Source of the DNA: a virus | Lineage: Duplodnaviria; Heunggongvirae; Uroviricota; Caudoviricetes | Strand: one strand, 5' to 3' | Virus record (IMG/VR): IMGVR_UViG_2671180758_000023 | Length of the DNA stretch: 16,821 nt | Shown: in pieces, positions 1 through 8,348 of the stretch | Layout: each line of letters begins with the position of its first letter | How positions within the stretch are numbered: position 1 is the first letter of the stretch | Program-made: the position numbers and the translations under genes | Notes under the pieces: model-generated | The model's database searches: none | Seen by the model: the letters and a program-made list of their open reading frames with translations, nothing else | What the model was told of the DNA's origin: nothing

Positions 1-1461
1 ATGAAAAAATTACTGCGTCTTTTTTTCCCGCTCTCACTGCGGGTACGTTTTCTGTTGGCAACGGCTGCGGTAGTACTGGTGCTTTCGCTTGCCTACGGAA
101 TGGTCGCGCTGATCGGTTATAGCGTCAGTTTCGATAAAACTACGTTTCGGCTGTTACGTGGCGAGAGCAATCTGTTCTATACCCTTGCGAAGTGGGAAAA
201 CAATAAGTTGCATGTCGAGTTACCCGAAAATATCGACAAGCAAAGCCCCACCATGACGCTAATTTATGATGAGAACGGGCAGCTTTTATGGGCGCAACGT
301 GACGTGCCCTGGCTGATGAAGATGATCCAGCCTGACTGGCTGAAATCGAATGGTTTTCATGAAATTGAAGCGGATGTTAACGATACCAGCCTCTTGCTGA
401 GTGGAGATCATTCGATACAGCAACAGTTGCAGGAAGTGCGGGAAGATGATGACGACGCGGAGATGACCCACTCGGTGGCAGTAAACGTCTACCCGGCAAC
501 ATCGCGGATGCCAAAATTAACCATTGTGGTGGTGGATACCATTCCGGTGGAGCTAAAAAGTTCCTATATGGTCTGGAGCTGGTTTATCTATGTGCTCTCA
601 GCCAATCTGCTGTTAGTGATCCCGCTGCTGTGGGTCGCCGCCTGGTGGAGTTTACGCCCCATCGAAGCCCTGGCAAAAGAAGTCCGCGAACTGGAAGAAC
701 ATAACCGCGAATTGCTCAATCCAGCCACAACGCGAGAACTGACCAGTCTGGTACGAAACCTGAACCGATTGTTAAAAAGTGAACGCGAACGTTACGACAA
801 ATACCGTACGACGCTCACCGACCTGACCCATAGTCTGAAAACGCCACTGGCGGTGCTGCAAAGTACGCTGCGTTCTCTGCGTAGTGAAAAGATGAGCGTC
901 AGTGATGCTGAGCCGGTAATGCTGGAGCAAATCAGCCGCATTTCACAGCAAATTGGCTACTACCTGCATCGTGCCAGTATGCGCGGCGGGACATTGCTCA
1001 GCCGCGAGCTGCATCCGGTCGCCCCACTGCTGGACAATCTCACCTCAGCGCTGAACAAAGTGTATCAACGCAAAGGGGTCAATATCTCTCTCGATATTTC
1101 GCCAGAGATCAGCTTTGTCGGTGAGCAGAACGATTTTGTCGAGGTGATGGGCAACGTGCTGGATAATGCCTGTAAATATTGCCTCGAGTTTGTCGAAATT
1201 TCTGCAAGGCAAACCGACGAGCATCTCTATATTGTGGTCGAGGATGATGGCCCCGGTATTCCATTAAGCAAGCGAGAGGTCATTTTCGACCGTGGTCAAC
1301 GGGTTGATACTTTACGCCCTGGGCAAGGTGTAGGGCTGGCGGTAGCCCGCGAAATCACCGAGCAATATGAGGGTAAAATCGTCGCCGGAGAGAGCATGCT
1401 GGGCGGTGCGCGGATGGAGGTGATTTTTGGTCGCCAGCATTCTGCGCCGAAAGATGAATAA
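1..1461 (+). CDS. phoQ: Sensor histidine kinase PhoQ (complete, 486 aa)
   Basis: Full-length ORF starting at window base 1. Two N-terminal TM segments, acidic periplasmic patch (EDDDDAEM), HAMP, H-box ([10 protein letters not shown]) and HATPase motifs ([16 protein letters not shown]). Matches E. coli PhoQ as I recall it. Stop TAA at 1459-1461. Confidence 0.95.
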   Translation: MKKLLRLFFPLSLRVRFLLATAAVVLVLSLAYGMVALIGYSVSFDKTTFRLLRGESNLFYTLAKWENNKLHVELPENIDKQSPTMTLIYDENGQLLWAQRDVPWLMKMIQPDWLKSNGFHEIEADVNDTSLLLSGDHSIQQQLQEVREDDDDAEMTHSVAVNVYPATSRMPKLTIVVVDTIPVELKSSYMVWSWFIYVLSANLLLVIPLLWVAAWWSLRPIEALAKEVRELEEHNRELLNPATTRELTSLVRNLNRLLKSERERYDKYRTTLTDLTHSLKTPLAVLQSTLRSLRSEKMSVSDAEPVMLEQISRISQQIGYYLHRASMRGGTLLSRELHPVAPLLDNLTSALNKVYQRKGVNISLDISPEISFVGEQNDFVEVMGNVLDNACKYCLEFVEISARQTDEHLYIVVEDDGPGIPLSKREVIFDRGQRVDTLRPGQGVGLAVAREITEQYEGKIVAGESMLGGARMEVIFGRQHSAPKDE

Positions 1462-1970
1462 ATATGTCCTTTTATCACCACAGCAAGGCAACCCATTGAT
1501 TTAATTAAACAACTCACACTGCAAAAAGTGCTAAAAACAGCAAATTGACTACACCATTAACTACACCGTTCGGTGCACTGTATGAAACAACGTGGAACAA
1601 ATAGACACAAGAAATATACAGGCGGGTAATCTTTCCAGGGGGATGCGCACCAATTCATGAGGGGCGTTAATGTCGATATGGGGATCCCCATAACGGGGCT
1701 ACCGGATTTTTTTCCGGTTAACTGTTAATCAGGCTGGTGGGTTTTACCTGTTCGGTAGGTGTTATGATTATCGTAATACTTTTCCCCCAATGGGGTAAAA
1801 GCATCAACCGTAACGGAAGTCGTTATGGTTGCCTTGATGATCTGCGTGGTCATTATGACCATTCAGTCAATGACCTTAATCAGAGCTTTTCGCTAAAAAT
1901 GACGTTGGCCACGTCATCCGGAAAGCACAAAATCCCATCGATTTTTAATTAACGGTTAAACCGTCTTTTT

Positions 1971-2010
1971 GTCACGTCGTGTCACTGGTTGTCACTCTCC
2001 GTCACGATCT
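1971..2010. repeat. Four direct GTCAC repeats at exact 10-bp phasing (gtcacgtcgt gtcactggtt gtcactctcc gtcacgatct)
   Basis: Read directly in the sequence. Preceded by a small hairpin plus T-run (acggttaaaccgtcttttt). Helical-phase spacing suggests a protein-binding array (arm-type or Xis/Cox-like sites); function unproven. Confidence 0.55.
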
Positions 2011-2033
2011 CCGATAGCCTGGCTGCAAATTAA

Positions 2034-2052
2034 ACTACGAAAATTTCGTAGT
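2034..2052. promoter_or_regulatory. 19-bp perfect palindrome actacgaaaatttcgtagt (operator or terminator-like hairpin) downstream of the PerC-like gene
   Basis: 9-1-9 perfect dyad read directly. About 45 nt 3' of the minus-strand ORF ending at 2098. Followed on the minus strand by a moderately U-rich tract (ttaatttgc). Confidence 0.35.
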
Positions 2053-2097
2053 TCTGGCTTCTTTCAGATAGTCGGTTGCCTGGTTACACGAAAAAAA

Positions 2098-2406
2098 TTA
2101 CTTCCTGCGTTTATCCCGCTTTGTATGTCCGTGCTGAATGCCCCGCAGTGGATCTTCTTTTTTCAGGTCGATCCCCATGTCCGTTAGTGTTTTTGTGGCG
2201 GCGGTTCTTATGGCACAAATCAGGTCTCTTTCCGGTTCCCGGGTTATGGTTGCCTTCCGGATACATGCCGTTCGTCGTTCCGTTACATACTGACGCGCTT
2301 CATCACTTGCCGCCTGTTTCAGTAACTCACCCCAGCGATTAGCCGCCCGTCGCCATAAGCCTTTCGCTTCCAGTTCTTCCGCTTTGTCATCATGCACCAT
2401 AAGCAT
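2098..2406 (-). CDS. PerC-family transcriptional activator-like protein (about 100 aa; start at 2406 or 2400)
   Basis: Motif MVHDDKAEELEAKGLWRRAANRWGELL and C-terminal MGID motif, as in PerC/Pch-family proteins. Paralogous to the ORF at 9833-10105. Weak RBS. Confidence 0.55.
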   Translation of the reverse strand: MLMVHDDKAEELEAKGLWRRAANRWGELLKQAASDEARQYVTERRTACIRKATITREPERDLICAIRTAATKTLTDMGIDLKKEDPLRGIQHGHTKRDKRRK

Positions 2407-2452
2407 AATCCCATTGATACCTGTTAAATCTGAATGGTTGGTTTCTGTTCTT

Positions 2453-2484
2453 TTGATAATTTTCCGTATAGCTTATTGTATGAC
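2453..2484 (+). promoter_or_regulatory. Candidate sigma70 promoter for the plus-strand cargo gene (TTGATA -35, about 17 bp spacer, weak -10)
   Basis: TTGATA at 2453-2458 followed about 17 bp later by TTGTAT/TATGAC, upstream of the AAGGAG RBS at 2501-2506. Pattern match only. Confidence 0.25.
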
Positions 2485-2514
2485 AGTACTGTCCCACAAT
2501 AAGGAGTTGCACGC

Positions 2515-2805
2515 ATGAGAATGACCAGACACAAAAAACAGATCCTTGAACTCTACAAACCTGAGTATCGCGATTGGGTGCGGGTGGAGGCTGGAGATCC
2601 ACCTTTTGATGTTCGTGGTGTTACAGTGCTGCTCTATGGTTCCGAATATCAGCGATATCACATAGAGGCAACACGAAGGACGCTAAACGCTATGGTTCGT
2701 GATAAGTTGCTGGAGCGTGTGAAAGTCCGTGAGCCACGTTTTGATGTGCGTATTGGTGGCGATGGTGCGCATTGCACGGTAATCCGCTATGGCCTGGTAA
2801 GGTAA
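2515..2805 (+). CDS. Hypothetical small protein (96 aa) with an internal tandem repeat; convergent cargo gene
   Basis: Strong RBS AAGGAG 8 nt before ATG 2515. Internal duplication PPFDVRGVTVLLYG / PRFDVRIGGDGAHCTVIRYG. Own hairpin plus T-run terminator downstream. Opposite strand to the rest of the element. No family recognised. Confidence 0.6.
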   Translation: MRMTRHKKQILELYKPEYRDWVRVEAGDPPFDVRGVTVLLYGSEYQRYHIEATRRTLNAMVRDKLLERVKVREPRFDVRIGGDGAHCTVIRYGLVR

Positions 2806-2835
2806 GCCATCGGGTAAATCAGATGATTAAATCAC

Positions 2836-2900
2836 CAGAATGTAAATTTACATTCTGCCAGCCACCAGCTACCCTCCTCAAAATTGAGGAGCCTTTTTAT
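2836..2900. terminator. Bidirectional terminator region between convergent genes: 22-bp palindrome cagaatgtaaatttacattctg and hairpin ctcctcaaaattgaggag followed by CTTTTTAT
   Basis: Two perfect dyads read directly. The second (2874-2891) is followed by a T-run on the plus strand. The first (2836-2857) is followed by a U-rich tract in the minus-strand direction. Confidence 0.55.
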
Positions 2901-2907
2901 CAACTGG

Positions 2908-3189
2908 TTACCGCCGTAACCGCTCCGGCTTCTTCCAGTGGTACGTGATTTTCTCCTTCTCCCGATACATCTCCACGCGGCGACGGTATGCCAGCAACTC
3001 AAGGACTCTGGTTCGTATATTGCGCATATCCGCATCGTTAAGTTCAATACCATCACGGCGCATCACCTCAGCAACAACACGCGCATAATTTTCGGCGGTC
3101 ACGCTGTCCGGCTGCGTGGCCTGTTCGTCATGCTGCTGGCTGATTCCAGAGACGCGGCGGATTAATCGCAGTATTTCGGCTTCTGTCAT
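2908..3189 (-). CDS. Hypothetical protein (93 aa) immediately downstream of the large terminase
   Basis: ATG at 3189 with GAGGT about 9 nt upstream. 13 nt after the TerL stop. Charged, helical-looking sequence. No family recognised. Confidence 0.5.
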   Translation of the reverse strand: MTEAEILRLIRRVSGISQQHDEQATQPDSVTAENYARVVAEVMRRDGIELNDADMRNIRTRVLELLAYRRRVEMYREKEKITYHWKKPERLRR

Positions 3190-3202
3190 GCTGCTGACCT
3201 CA

Positions 3203-4864
3203 TTACACCCCGCTAAATTCTTCCAGTTTCTGGCGGTGGCTGTCGCTTATATCAAAAGCAAAATCCTCATGCTCTGCCTGGAATGTACCAAACGCCATCA
3301 GCGCCGCTACGCTCGGGTCTATCTTGTTCGGTGATTTTTTCTTGTTCGGCTTGATATTGGCGTTCGCGTCACTCTGCATCACGACGTTACTCATCGACCA
3401 GGACAACACCGGATCGCCACGATGCACAATCACCCTGCGGTTAACAAAAACTTCGAACGATTTCGCCGCCGGACTGAATCTGAGGTAGGTTTGCGGGAAC
3501 GGCTCCACCTCAAAACCAGCCCCCTGTAATTGCGTCCTGAGATGCGTGGCGTTCCACGTATCAAAGCCCACCAGCCTGATATTAAATTTCTCCGCGTCCT
3601 GCATGATGTCATCTCTGATCCGGTCGTAATCAATGCAGTCACCTGGCGTTGTGCGTATCCAGCCCGCTTTAGCCCACTGGCGATAGACAGCGCGGTTTTT
3701 ATTGGCGGGGTTCTGTAGCTGGAACTCCGGCAGATAATGACGGGAAACCAGCATAATGGTTTTACCTACCGGAAAGGCATAGCACACGCTGGAAATATCG
3801 CTTGTGGATGATAAATCCAGCCCCGCGTAACACTCCTGGCCGTGTAAATCTTCCTCCGTGAACGTTCCGGCACACTCAGCCCATGCGCCGTTACCCATCC
3901 ACGGGGTAGTCCCCTGACACCAGATATTAAATCGCTTTGTCATCATCTCCACCCACTGCGACGGAATACCCCGCGCTTTCTGGATGGTTGAGGCCAGTTT
4001 TTCACGATCCACGGAAACATCGATGTTAGGGTTAGCCTTTATCCACATCGCCGGATCATCAACCTCGTTTTCGTCGTCCAGTTCGTAAATCAGTACAAAA
4101 ATTGAATCGTTGACCTCTTCGCCGTCCAGGATCTGGCAGCAATAATCATAGTGCTGCTTACAGGCTGAAACGACGTTACTGCCCGATGTAGTAATGGCAA
4201 ATAACAGCCCTTCGGGACGTGCGCCCATCCCCAGCTCAAGCGCGGAATAAACGCCGTTATCGGGGTGTAGGTGGTATTCGTCCACGATGGAAAGGCTTGG
4301 GTTTGTGCCCTCGATGGTTGCCGCTTTTGCTGCCAGCGGCTTTAACAGGCTGTTGCTTTTCGGGTGCATCACCTTGTGGGCCTGAATATTCACCCGCCTG
4401 CGTAACGGTCGGGATAAAAGGCACATCTGACGCGCATCATCAAAAACGATCCGCGCCTGGTCACGGCTCACCGCTGCGGTGTAAATATCCTGCTGCCCGT
4501 TCTCCATAATCAGAAACCAGTTAGCCAGAATCGCGGCGGTCGTGGATTTCGCATTTTTGCGTGGCACTTCGATAAAGGCGCTCGTGTATTTGCGCCGTCC
4601 GGTGGCCTTAACCTTAAAGCCGAGGATGCACGCAAAGGCGAACTGCTGCCACGGCTCCAGCTCAATGGGTCTGCCACGCATCGGCCCTTTTACGTGCGGA
4701 CACACCCTGGAAAAGGCAATAAACCGCTCCACAACCTCACGATCGAACGTGTAAAGGGGGCTTTCAAGGTCCGAAAAGTACCGTTTAACGGCCTGTTTCA
4801 GCCGTTTACAGGCCGGAATTTTGCCCGTTTTTACGTCTTCTGCGTACTTATTCCAGGCGGTCAA
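3203..4864 (-). CDS. Terminase large subunit (553 aa), probable TTG start overlapping the terS 3' end
   Basis: Typical TerL N-terminus (MTAWNKYAEDVKTGKIP...) and ATPase/nuclease-like length. First codon in frame is TTG (plus-strand CAA at 4862-4864) preceded by AGGA. Overlaps terS by 17 nt. Confidence 0.9.
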   Translation of the reverse strand: MTAWNKYAEDVKTGKIPACKRLKQAVKRYFSDLESPLYTFDREVVERFIAFSRVCPHVKGPMRGRPIELEPWQQFAFACILGFKVKATGRRKYTSAFIEVPRKNAKSTTAAILANWFLIMENGQQDIYTAAVSRDQARIVFDDARQMCLLSRPLRRRVNIQAHKVMHPKSNSLLKPLAAKAATIEGTNPSLSIVDEYHLHPDNGVYSALELGMGARPEGLLFAITTSGSNVVSACKQHYDYCCQILDGEEVNDSIFVLIYELDDENEVDDPAMWIKANPNIDVSVDREKLASTIQKARGIPSQWVEMMTKRFNIWCQGTTPWMGNGAWAECAGTFTEEDLHGQECYAGLDLSSTSDISSVCYAFPVGKTIMLVSRHYLPEFQLQNPANKNRAVYRQWAKAGWIRTTPGDCIDYDRIRDDIMQDAEKFNIRLVGFDTWNATHLRTQLQGAGFEVEPFPQTYLRFSPAAKSFEVFVNRRVIVHRGDPVLSWSMSNVVMQSDANANIKPNKKKSPNKIDPSVAALMAFGTFQAEHEDFAFDISDSHRQKLEEFSGV

Positions 4865-5204
4865 GCTCGTCCTCTTCTTCTGTTTCCGGTGGATTTTTAC
4901 GGCGGCTTATCGGGTCAAAACCGAGCAAAGAGGCCATTTTTATCATCACTCTTTCAGCGTCGGATTTTGCGCTTAATGCGGGGTTTCTGCTCTCTCCGCC
5001 CTGACTGTTAACAATGCTGAACCCGCGCGCCGCAAGGTCTGCGACGGCTTTCCGGTATATCGAGTAATTGACGCAATACAGTTCCAGATTACTCCAGTCG
5101 GCGGGAGTCAGGTCACCCCGTTCCGCAAGCTGCCGCGATTTTTCCCGCCACTGCTTCACGGCGATATCATCCAGGTAGGCGGGGGCTTTCGGTGGTCTTG
5201 CCAT
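4848..5204 (-). CDS. Terminase small subunit, P27 family (118 aa)
   Basis: MARPPKAP...LELYCVNYSIYRKAVADLAARG pattern typical of P27-family TerS. Position immediately 5' of TerL. Weak RBS. Confidence 0.8.
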   Translation of the reverse strand: MARPPKAPAYLDDIAVKQWREKSRQLAERGDLTPADWSNLELYCVNYSIYRKAVADLAARGFSIVNSQGGESRNPALSAKSDAERVMIKMASLLGFDPISRRKNPPETEEEDELDRLE

Positions 5205-5494
5205 GCTTATTTTTTCGCCAGATTATTTTTCAAAAAATTCCCGTGCATAAAAATTTGAGGAGGCGTTCGGTGCCCGGCGGGGTCGGGTTTGTCCTGAAAA
5301 CGCCCCCCCACCCCGTCATACAGCCTCATCAGCGATTGCGGAAACATTCCATAACCTCGCGGTCACGGTCGGTTAATCGCTTCGCTGTGATGCGTTCTGC
5401 GCGTCCTGACGCTTTATCTTTATGCCCTGTTTCCTGTGTCTTCCATGCGTCACGCTGCCTTATAAGTCCACGGATAAGGCGGTTTTGTTCCCGC
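5205..5494. other. HNH-terS intergenic region; candidate cos/packaging site (G-rich tract tgcccggcggggtcggg at about 5271-5287)
   Basis: 290-bp non-coding gap in an otherwise tightly coupled operon, between an HNH endonuclease and a P27-family TerS, which is the arrangement of cos-type HK97-like phages. The G-rich tract is only loosely similar to lambda cosN (GGGCGGCGACCT). Confidence 0.3.
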
Positions 5495-5935
5495 TCATTC
5501 ATCAGCGTCATACATCCAGTTATTGCGGTTAGCGGCCCGTTCTTCCTCCTCACGGAATCCGCCAGCGGCACGCTTGCTTTTTGTTGCCGGATCAAGCCAC
5601 TTCGTTTTCTGGTTATGACACGCCTGGCACAATGGCTGATGGTTCCATTCGGGCCAGAAGAGAACATCATCACCGCCATTAATCGGGATAATGTGATCCA
5701 CCACCACGGCGGGCGTATATATCCCCTTCTCAAGGCATCGCACGCATAACGGGTTTTTACTCAGATACATGGCGCGGTATTTGTCCCACTGTCTGGAGTA
5801 CCCACGCGCGCGGCGGTGTCCTCGTCTGGCATCCTCTGCACGCCATGCCGCCCGCCTGTGCTCCTCACACTTGCCGGACTTCACGCGCCTGTTACAGCCT
5901 GGTTCTGTGCATCGTCTTAATGGTTGCCACGGCAT
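5495..5935 (-). CDS. HNH endonuclease (146 aa), terminase-associated
   Basis: Cys-rich zinc-finger-like N-terminus (CTEPGCNRRVKSGKCEEH, CVRC) and HNH core (DHIIPINGG...NHQPLCQACHNQK). Start overlaps the connector stop (TGATG). Confidence 0.85.
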   Translation of the reverse strand: MPWQPLRRCTEPGCNRRVKSGKCEEHRRAAWRAEDARRGHRRARGYSRQWDKYRAMYLSKNPLCVRCLEKGIYTPAVVVDHIIPINGGDDVLFWPEWNHQPLCQACHNQKTKWLDPATKSKRAAGGFREEEERAANRNNWMYDADE

Positions 5936-6231
5936 CAGTACACCCCCACATCACGGTAAGCCGTCCAGAGTGCACCAATCGTCATGGGTACGCGTGTTTT
6001 TGCGTTATCCGCGACAATCTGGCGATTTTCATACAGGTGAGCGATAAACATCATGCAGCCAATCTTTATGGCTGGCGTGAACGCCAGCCCGTCATCAAAG
6101 CGCCTGCCTATGTGTATCTGGCACGCCTCAAGCGATGCGGCAATGTATCCGCTGATTAACTGGTCTTCCTCGTCGCCATCGATGCGGCAATGGAGTTTCA
6201 CTTCTTCCAGGGTGATAAGTTCTTCTGTCAT
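5935..6231 (-). CDS. Head-tail connector protein, gp6-like (98 aa)
   Basis: MTEELITLEEVKLHCRIDGDEEDQLISGYIAAS...AHLYENRQ matches the gp6-like connector pattern (LxEVKxHLRID...DxLI). ATGA overlap with the upstream gene. Confidence 0.75.
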   Translation of the reverse strand: MTEELITLEEVKLHCRIDGDEEDQLISGYIAASLEACQIHIGRRFDDGLAFTPAIKIGCMMFIAHLYENRQIVADNAKTRVPMTIGALWTAYRDVGVY

Positions 6232-6566
6232 TTTTCCGCGCCCTCACGACAAAGAATTTCAAGGCGTGTCCTGGCGGCATCCGGCAGCGGCTGCCCGATG
6301 ATATTCAGTACACGCCCCGCCAGCGGCCCCGTATTGACCTTTATCCGGCTGGTGGCGTTGATGTCCTTCCTGTAGCGTATCCATATCCTTACCGTTCCAG
6401 TCGCCAGTTCTGCACCCGATGAAATGGCCTCCTTGCTGCTGATCATGTTCACGCTTGCCCAGAGTGTGTGACCGTCCACCCACGTTTCGAGTATTTCGCC
6501 GGTTATATCCCTGGTCTGTTTCAGGGTCTGAATCGTTACCCTGTCACGCAGTCGCCCTATGTTCAT
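6228..6566 (-). CDS. Head closure / head-tail joining protein (112 aa from ATG 6566; ORF extends to 6608)
   Basis: GRLRDRVTIQ...TWVDGHTLWASV...VRIWIRYRKDI...RIKV matches the head-closure family pattern. ATG at 6566 forms an ATGA overlap with the portal stop. An alternative ATG lies at 6608. Confidence 0.7.
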   Translation of the reverse strand: MNIGRLRDRVTIQTLKQTRDITGEILETWVDGHTLWASVNMISSKEAISSGAELATGTVRIWIRYRKDINATSRIKVNTGPLAGRVLNIIGQPLPDAARTRLEILCREGAEK

Positions 6567-7774
6567 TCCGGTTTTTCTCCCTCGCTGATTTTTACTTCCT
6601 GTTTCCATGCCTGGCTGAACTCATCACCACCATCACGCGGGGACAGCCCTTCACGTTCGCGGGCTTCGTTCGGGCACATAACGCCGGATTTGATGCCGCG
6701 TTCATAGGTGGCAAAGCGTTCGCCAGGTGTGGCCCGTAACAGGTCCGCGCTGTCAAACTCCACCTGATACCGGATACCAGGTACAGGTGAGGCCACCAGC
6801 AGGGCGTTTTTTATCTGCTGCTCAAAGTTCGCCAGCCACGGGCGCATCGTCATGGTGAGAAATGCGCGGCTTGCCTCGCTGAAATTGCTGTAGGTGCTGT
6901 TGCTGTATTCCTGCAAAAAAATCGGCGAGACGTTGAACATTCGGGCGATGTCTTCAATGGTGAAGCGACGGGAGGCCAGCCATTCAGCATCCTGATTACT
7001 CATGCCCAGCTGCTGATAGCTCATACCCCCTTCAAGGATGGGCGTTTTTCCGGCGTTTCTGGCCCCTTTGTAGCGTTCCAGTGCGGCTAATGCCTGTTTG
7101 CCCTTCACGCCGTCCAGCCATTCGCCTGACGTGATAACCCCTGCCGCCATCATGCCATCACGCATCACGCTCGCGCCGTGGCGTTGTTGGGCCAGCCCAA
7201 GCCCCAGCGATTCGCGGCAGATGGTTACAGGTGAGCGCCCCATAAAACCGTCATCCGTGGAGTAACGAAGGTGGAGAACCTCCCACGGTAAATAGTTGCG
7301 GGTGTTTCCGGTGTAGGCGTCAGTGATGCAGTAGCGCCAGTTATGCTCACCTGTCTGCTCCACGTTCACCGACTGCGGCGGGTAAGGATGCAAAGCCACC
7401 GGAAAACCATCACGCCCCCACTGAATCACCGCATAAGCATTACCGTTTAACAGGCAGTGGCGGATCATCATTCGCTTAAACTGGTAGGGGGTTTGCCATG
7501 CGTTCGGGCGCTCGTTGAGGATGTGATCGACCGGATGAGAATCAAGCCACTCTCGGGCCTCCTTCCCCTTCTCATTGCGTACCAGGTACAGGTAACACGG
7601 CATGGTAGCCACCGCCTCAGAGATGACCGTGACGGCGTTCATGACGGCGGGCAGTGATTCCGCTGTCCCCGATGATACGTACTCACCCGCCCCCGTGTTC
7701 GATGTGCCGGCCAGCGCCATAAACTCATCAAGCGTCATGCTGCGCTGCTCTTTTTTTCTTCTGAAAGGCCACAT
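6563..7774 (-). CDS. Portal protein, HK97 family (403 aa)
   Basis: Length and sequence pattern typical of HK97-family portals. RBS GGGGGTG 7 nt before ATG 7774. Sits between the protease and head-closure genes. Confidence 0.9.
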   Translation of the reverse strand: MWPFRRKKEQRSMTLDEFMALAGTSNTGAGEYVSSGTAESLPAVMNAVTVISEAVATMPCYLYLVRNEKGKEAREWLDSHPVDHILNERPNAWQTPYQFKRMMIRHCLLNGNAYAVIQWGRDGFPVALHPYPPQSVNVEQTGEHNWRYCITDAYTGNTRNYLPWEVLHLRYSTDDGFMGRSPVTICRESLGLGLAQQRHGASVMRDGMMAAGVITSGEWLDGVKGKQALAALERYKGARNAGKTPILEGGMSYQQLGMSNQDAEWLASRRFTIEDIARMFNVSPIFLQEYSNSTYSNFSEASRAFLTMTMRPWLANFEQQIKNALLVASPVPGIRYQVEFDSADLLRATPGERFATYERGIKSGVMCPNEAREREGLSPRDGGDEFSQAWKQEVKISEGEKPE

Positions 7775-7775
7775 A

Positions 7776-8348
7776 TCACACCCCCGCTAAATCCGCCCAC
7801 CAGCGGCGATTATCCGCACGCGGCATTTTTTCGGGGTGCTGCTCGTACAGGGAGCGGCGGGCCAGCTCCACGCCGGAATCAGGGTAAGCCGGTACGGATG
7901 TAACGGTAATTTCGTATAGTTCCGCCACCAGCACGGTGCGCACGCATGGATCTGTTGTGGTATCCCATACATCCTTACGGGAACGAAAGCCAAAGCTCAT
8001 GCCGGATATATCACCTCGTTTAACCAGTTCGATAACGTCGCGCCCTGTACTGGTATCCGGTGGGGTCAGTTCAAAGCGTAACCCTGTTTCGTCCTCTTCC
8101 AGTTTCAGCGTGCCGGAACGGGTGCGCCCCAGTAACATGCTGTGGTCATGCTCATACAGGCCGCGAACGTCATTACCCGCCGCAAGCCACTCAGTAAACG
8201 CCCCCCGCTGGAATTTTTCGTAAAACTCCCCCCATAGCAGTTCTGAAAGCTTATCCCAGCGAACAACGTAGCCCGTCAGCGTACCGGCTCCGCTGGTAGT
8301 GATTTCCGATGACCGGATTTCCATACTCTTCATAATTTTTTCACCCAT
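7776..8348 (-). CDS. Prohead maturation protease, HK97 family (about 180-190 aa)
   Basis: Conserved pattern GYVVRWDKLSE...GLYEHDH...LGRTRSGTL...ISGMSFGF typical of HK97 prohead protease. Start may be ATG 8348 or the downstream ATG at 8333. Confidence 0.85.
   Translation of the reverse strand: MGEKIMKSMEIRSSEITTSGAGTLTGYVVRWDKLSELLWGEFYEKFQRGAFTEWLAAGNDVRGLYEHDHSMLLGRTRSGTLKLEEDETGLRFELTPPDTSTGRDVIELVKRGDISGMSFGFRSRKDVWDTTTDPCVRTVLVAELYEITVTSVPAYPDSGVELARRSLYEQHPEKMPRADNRRWWADLAGV

Noticed and set aside
286-1517. Minus-strand ORFs 286-471 and 1296-1517 inside or overlapping phoQ
   Set aside because: Antisense to a clearly real, conserved gene; no RBS; nonsense-like composition.
1737-2187. 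Plus-strand ORFs 1737-1952 and 1969-2187 at the left end
   Set aside because: GTG or weak starts without RBS; they overlap the GTCAC repeat array and hairpins; low-complexity translation. Treated as non-coding structured DNA.
2098-2406. The left PerC-like ORF as a P4 Psu/Delta/Ogr-type late regulator
   Set aside because: No zinc-finger Cys pattern (Ogr/Delta) and no Psu-like length. The conserved EELEAKGLWRRAA.RW and MGID motifs fit PerC-family proteins better.
1462-2500. tRNA or tmRNA gene as the integration target at the left end
   Set aside because: No T-arm-like GGTTCGAATCC/CCA-end motif or cloverleaf-compatible sequence seen by eye. Not excluded at the right end outside the window.
5329-5511. 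Possible 60-aa minus-strand ORF (MTLMNEREQ...) between HNH and terS
   Set aside because: Weak RBS, overlaps the HNH 3' end out of frame, and lies in the putative cos region. Could be real, but the evidence is insufficient to call it.
5192-5749. 185-aa plus-strand ORF spanning the terS-HNH gap
   Set aside because: Antisense to HNH for most of its length, with Arg/Ser/Cys-rich composition and no RBS.
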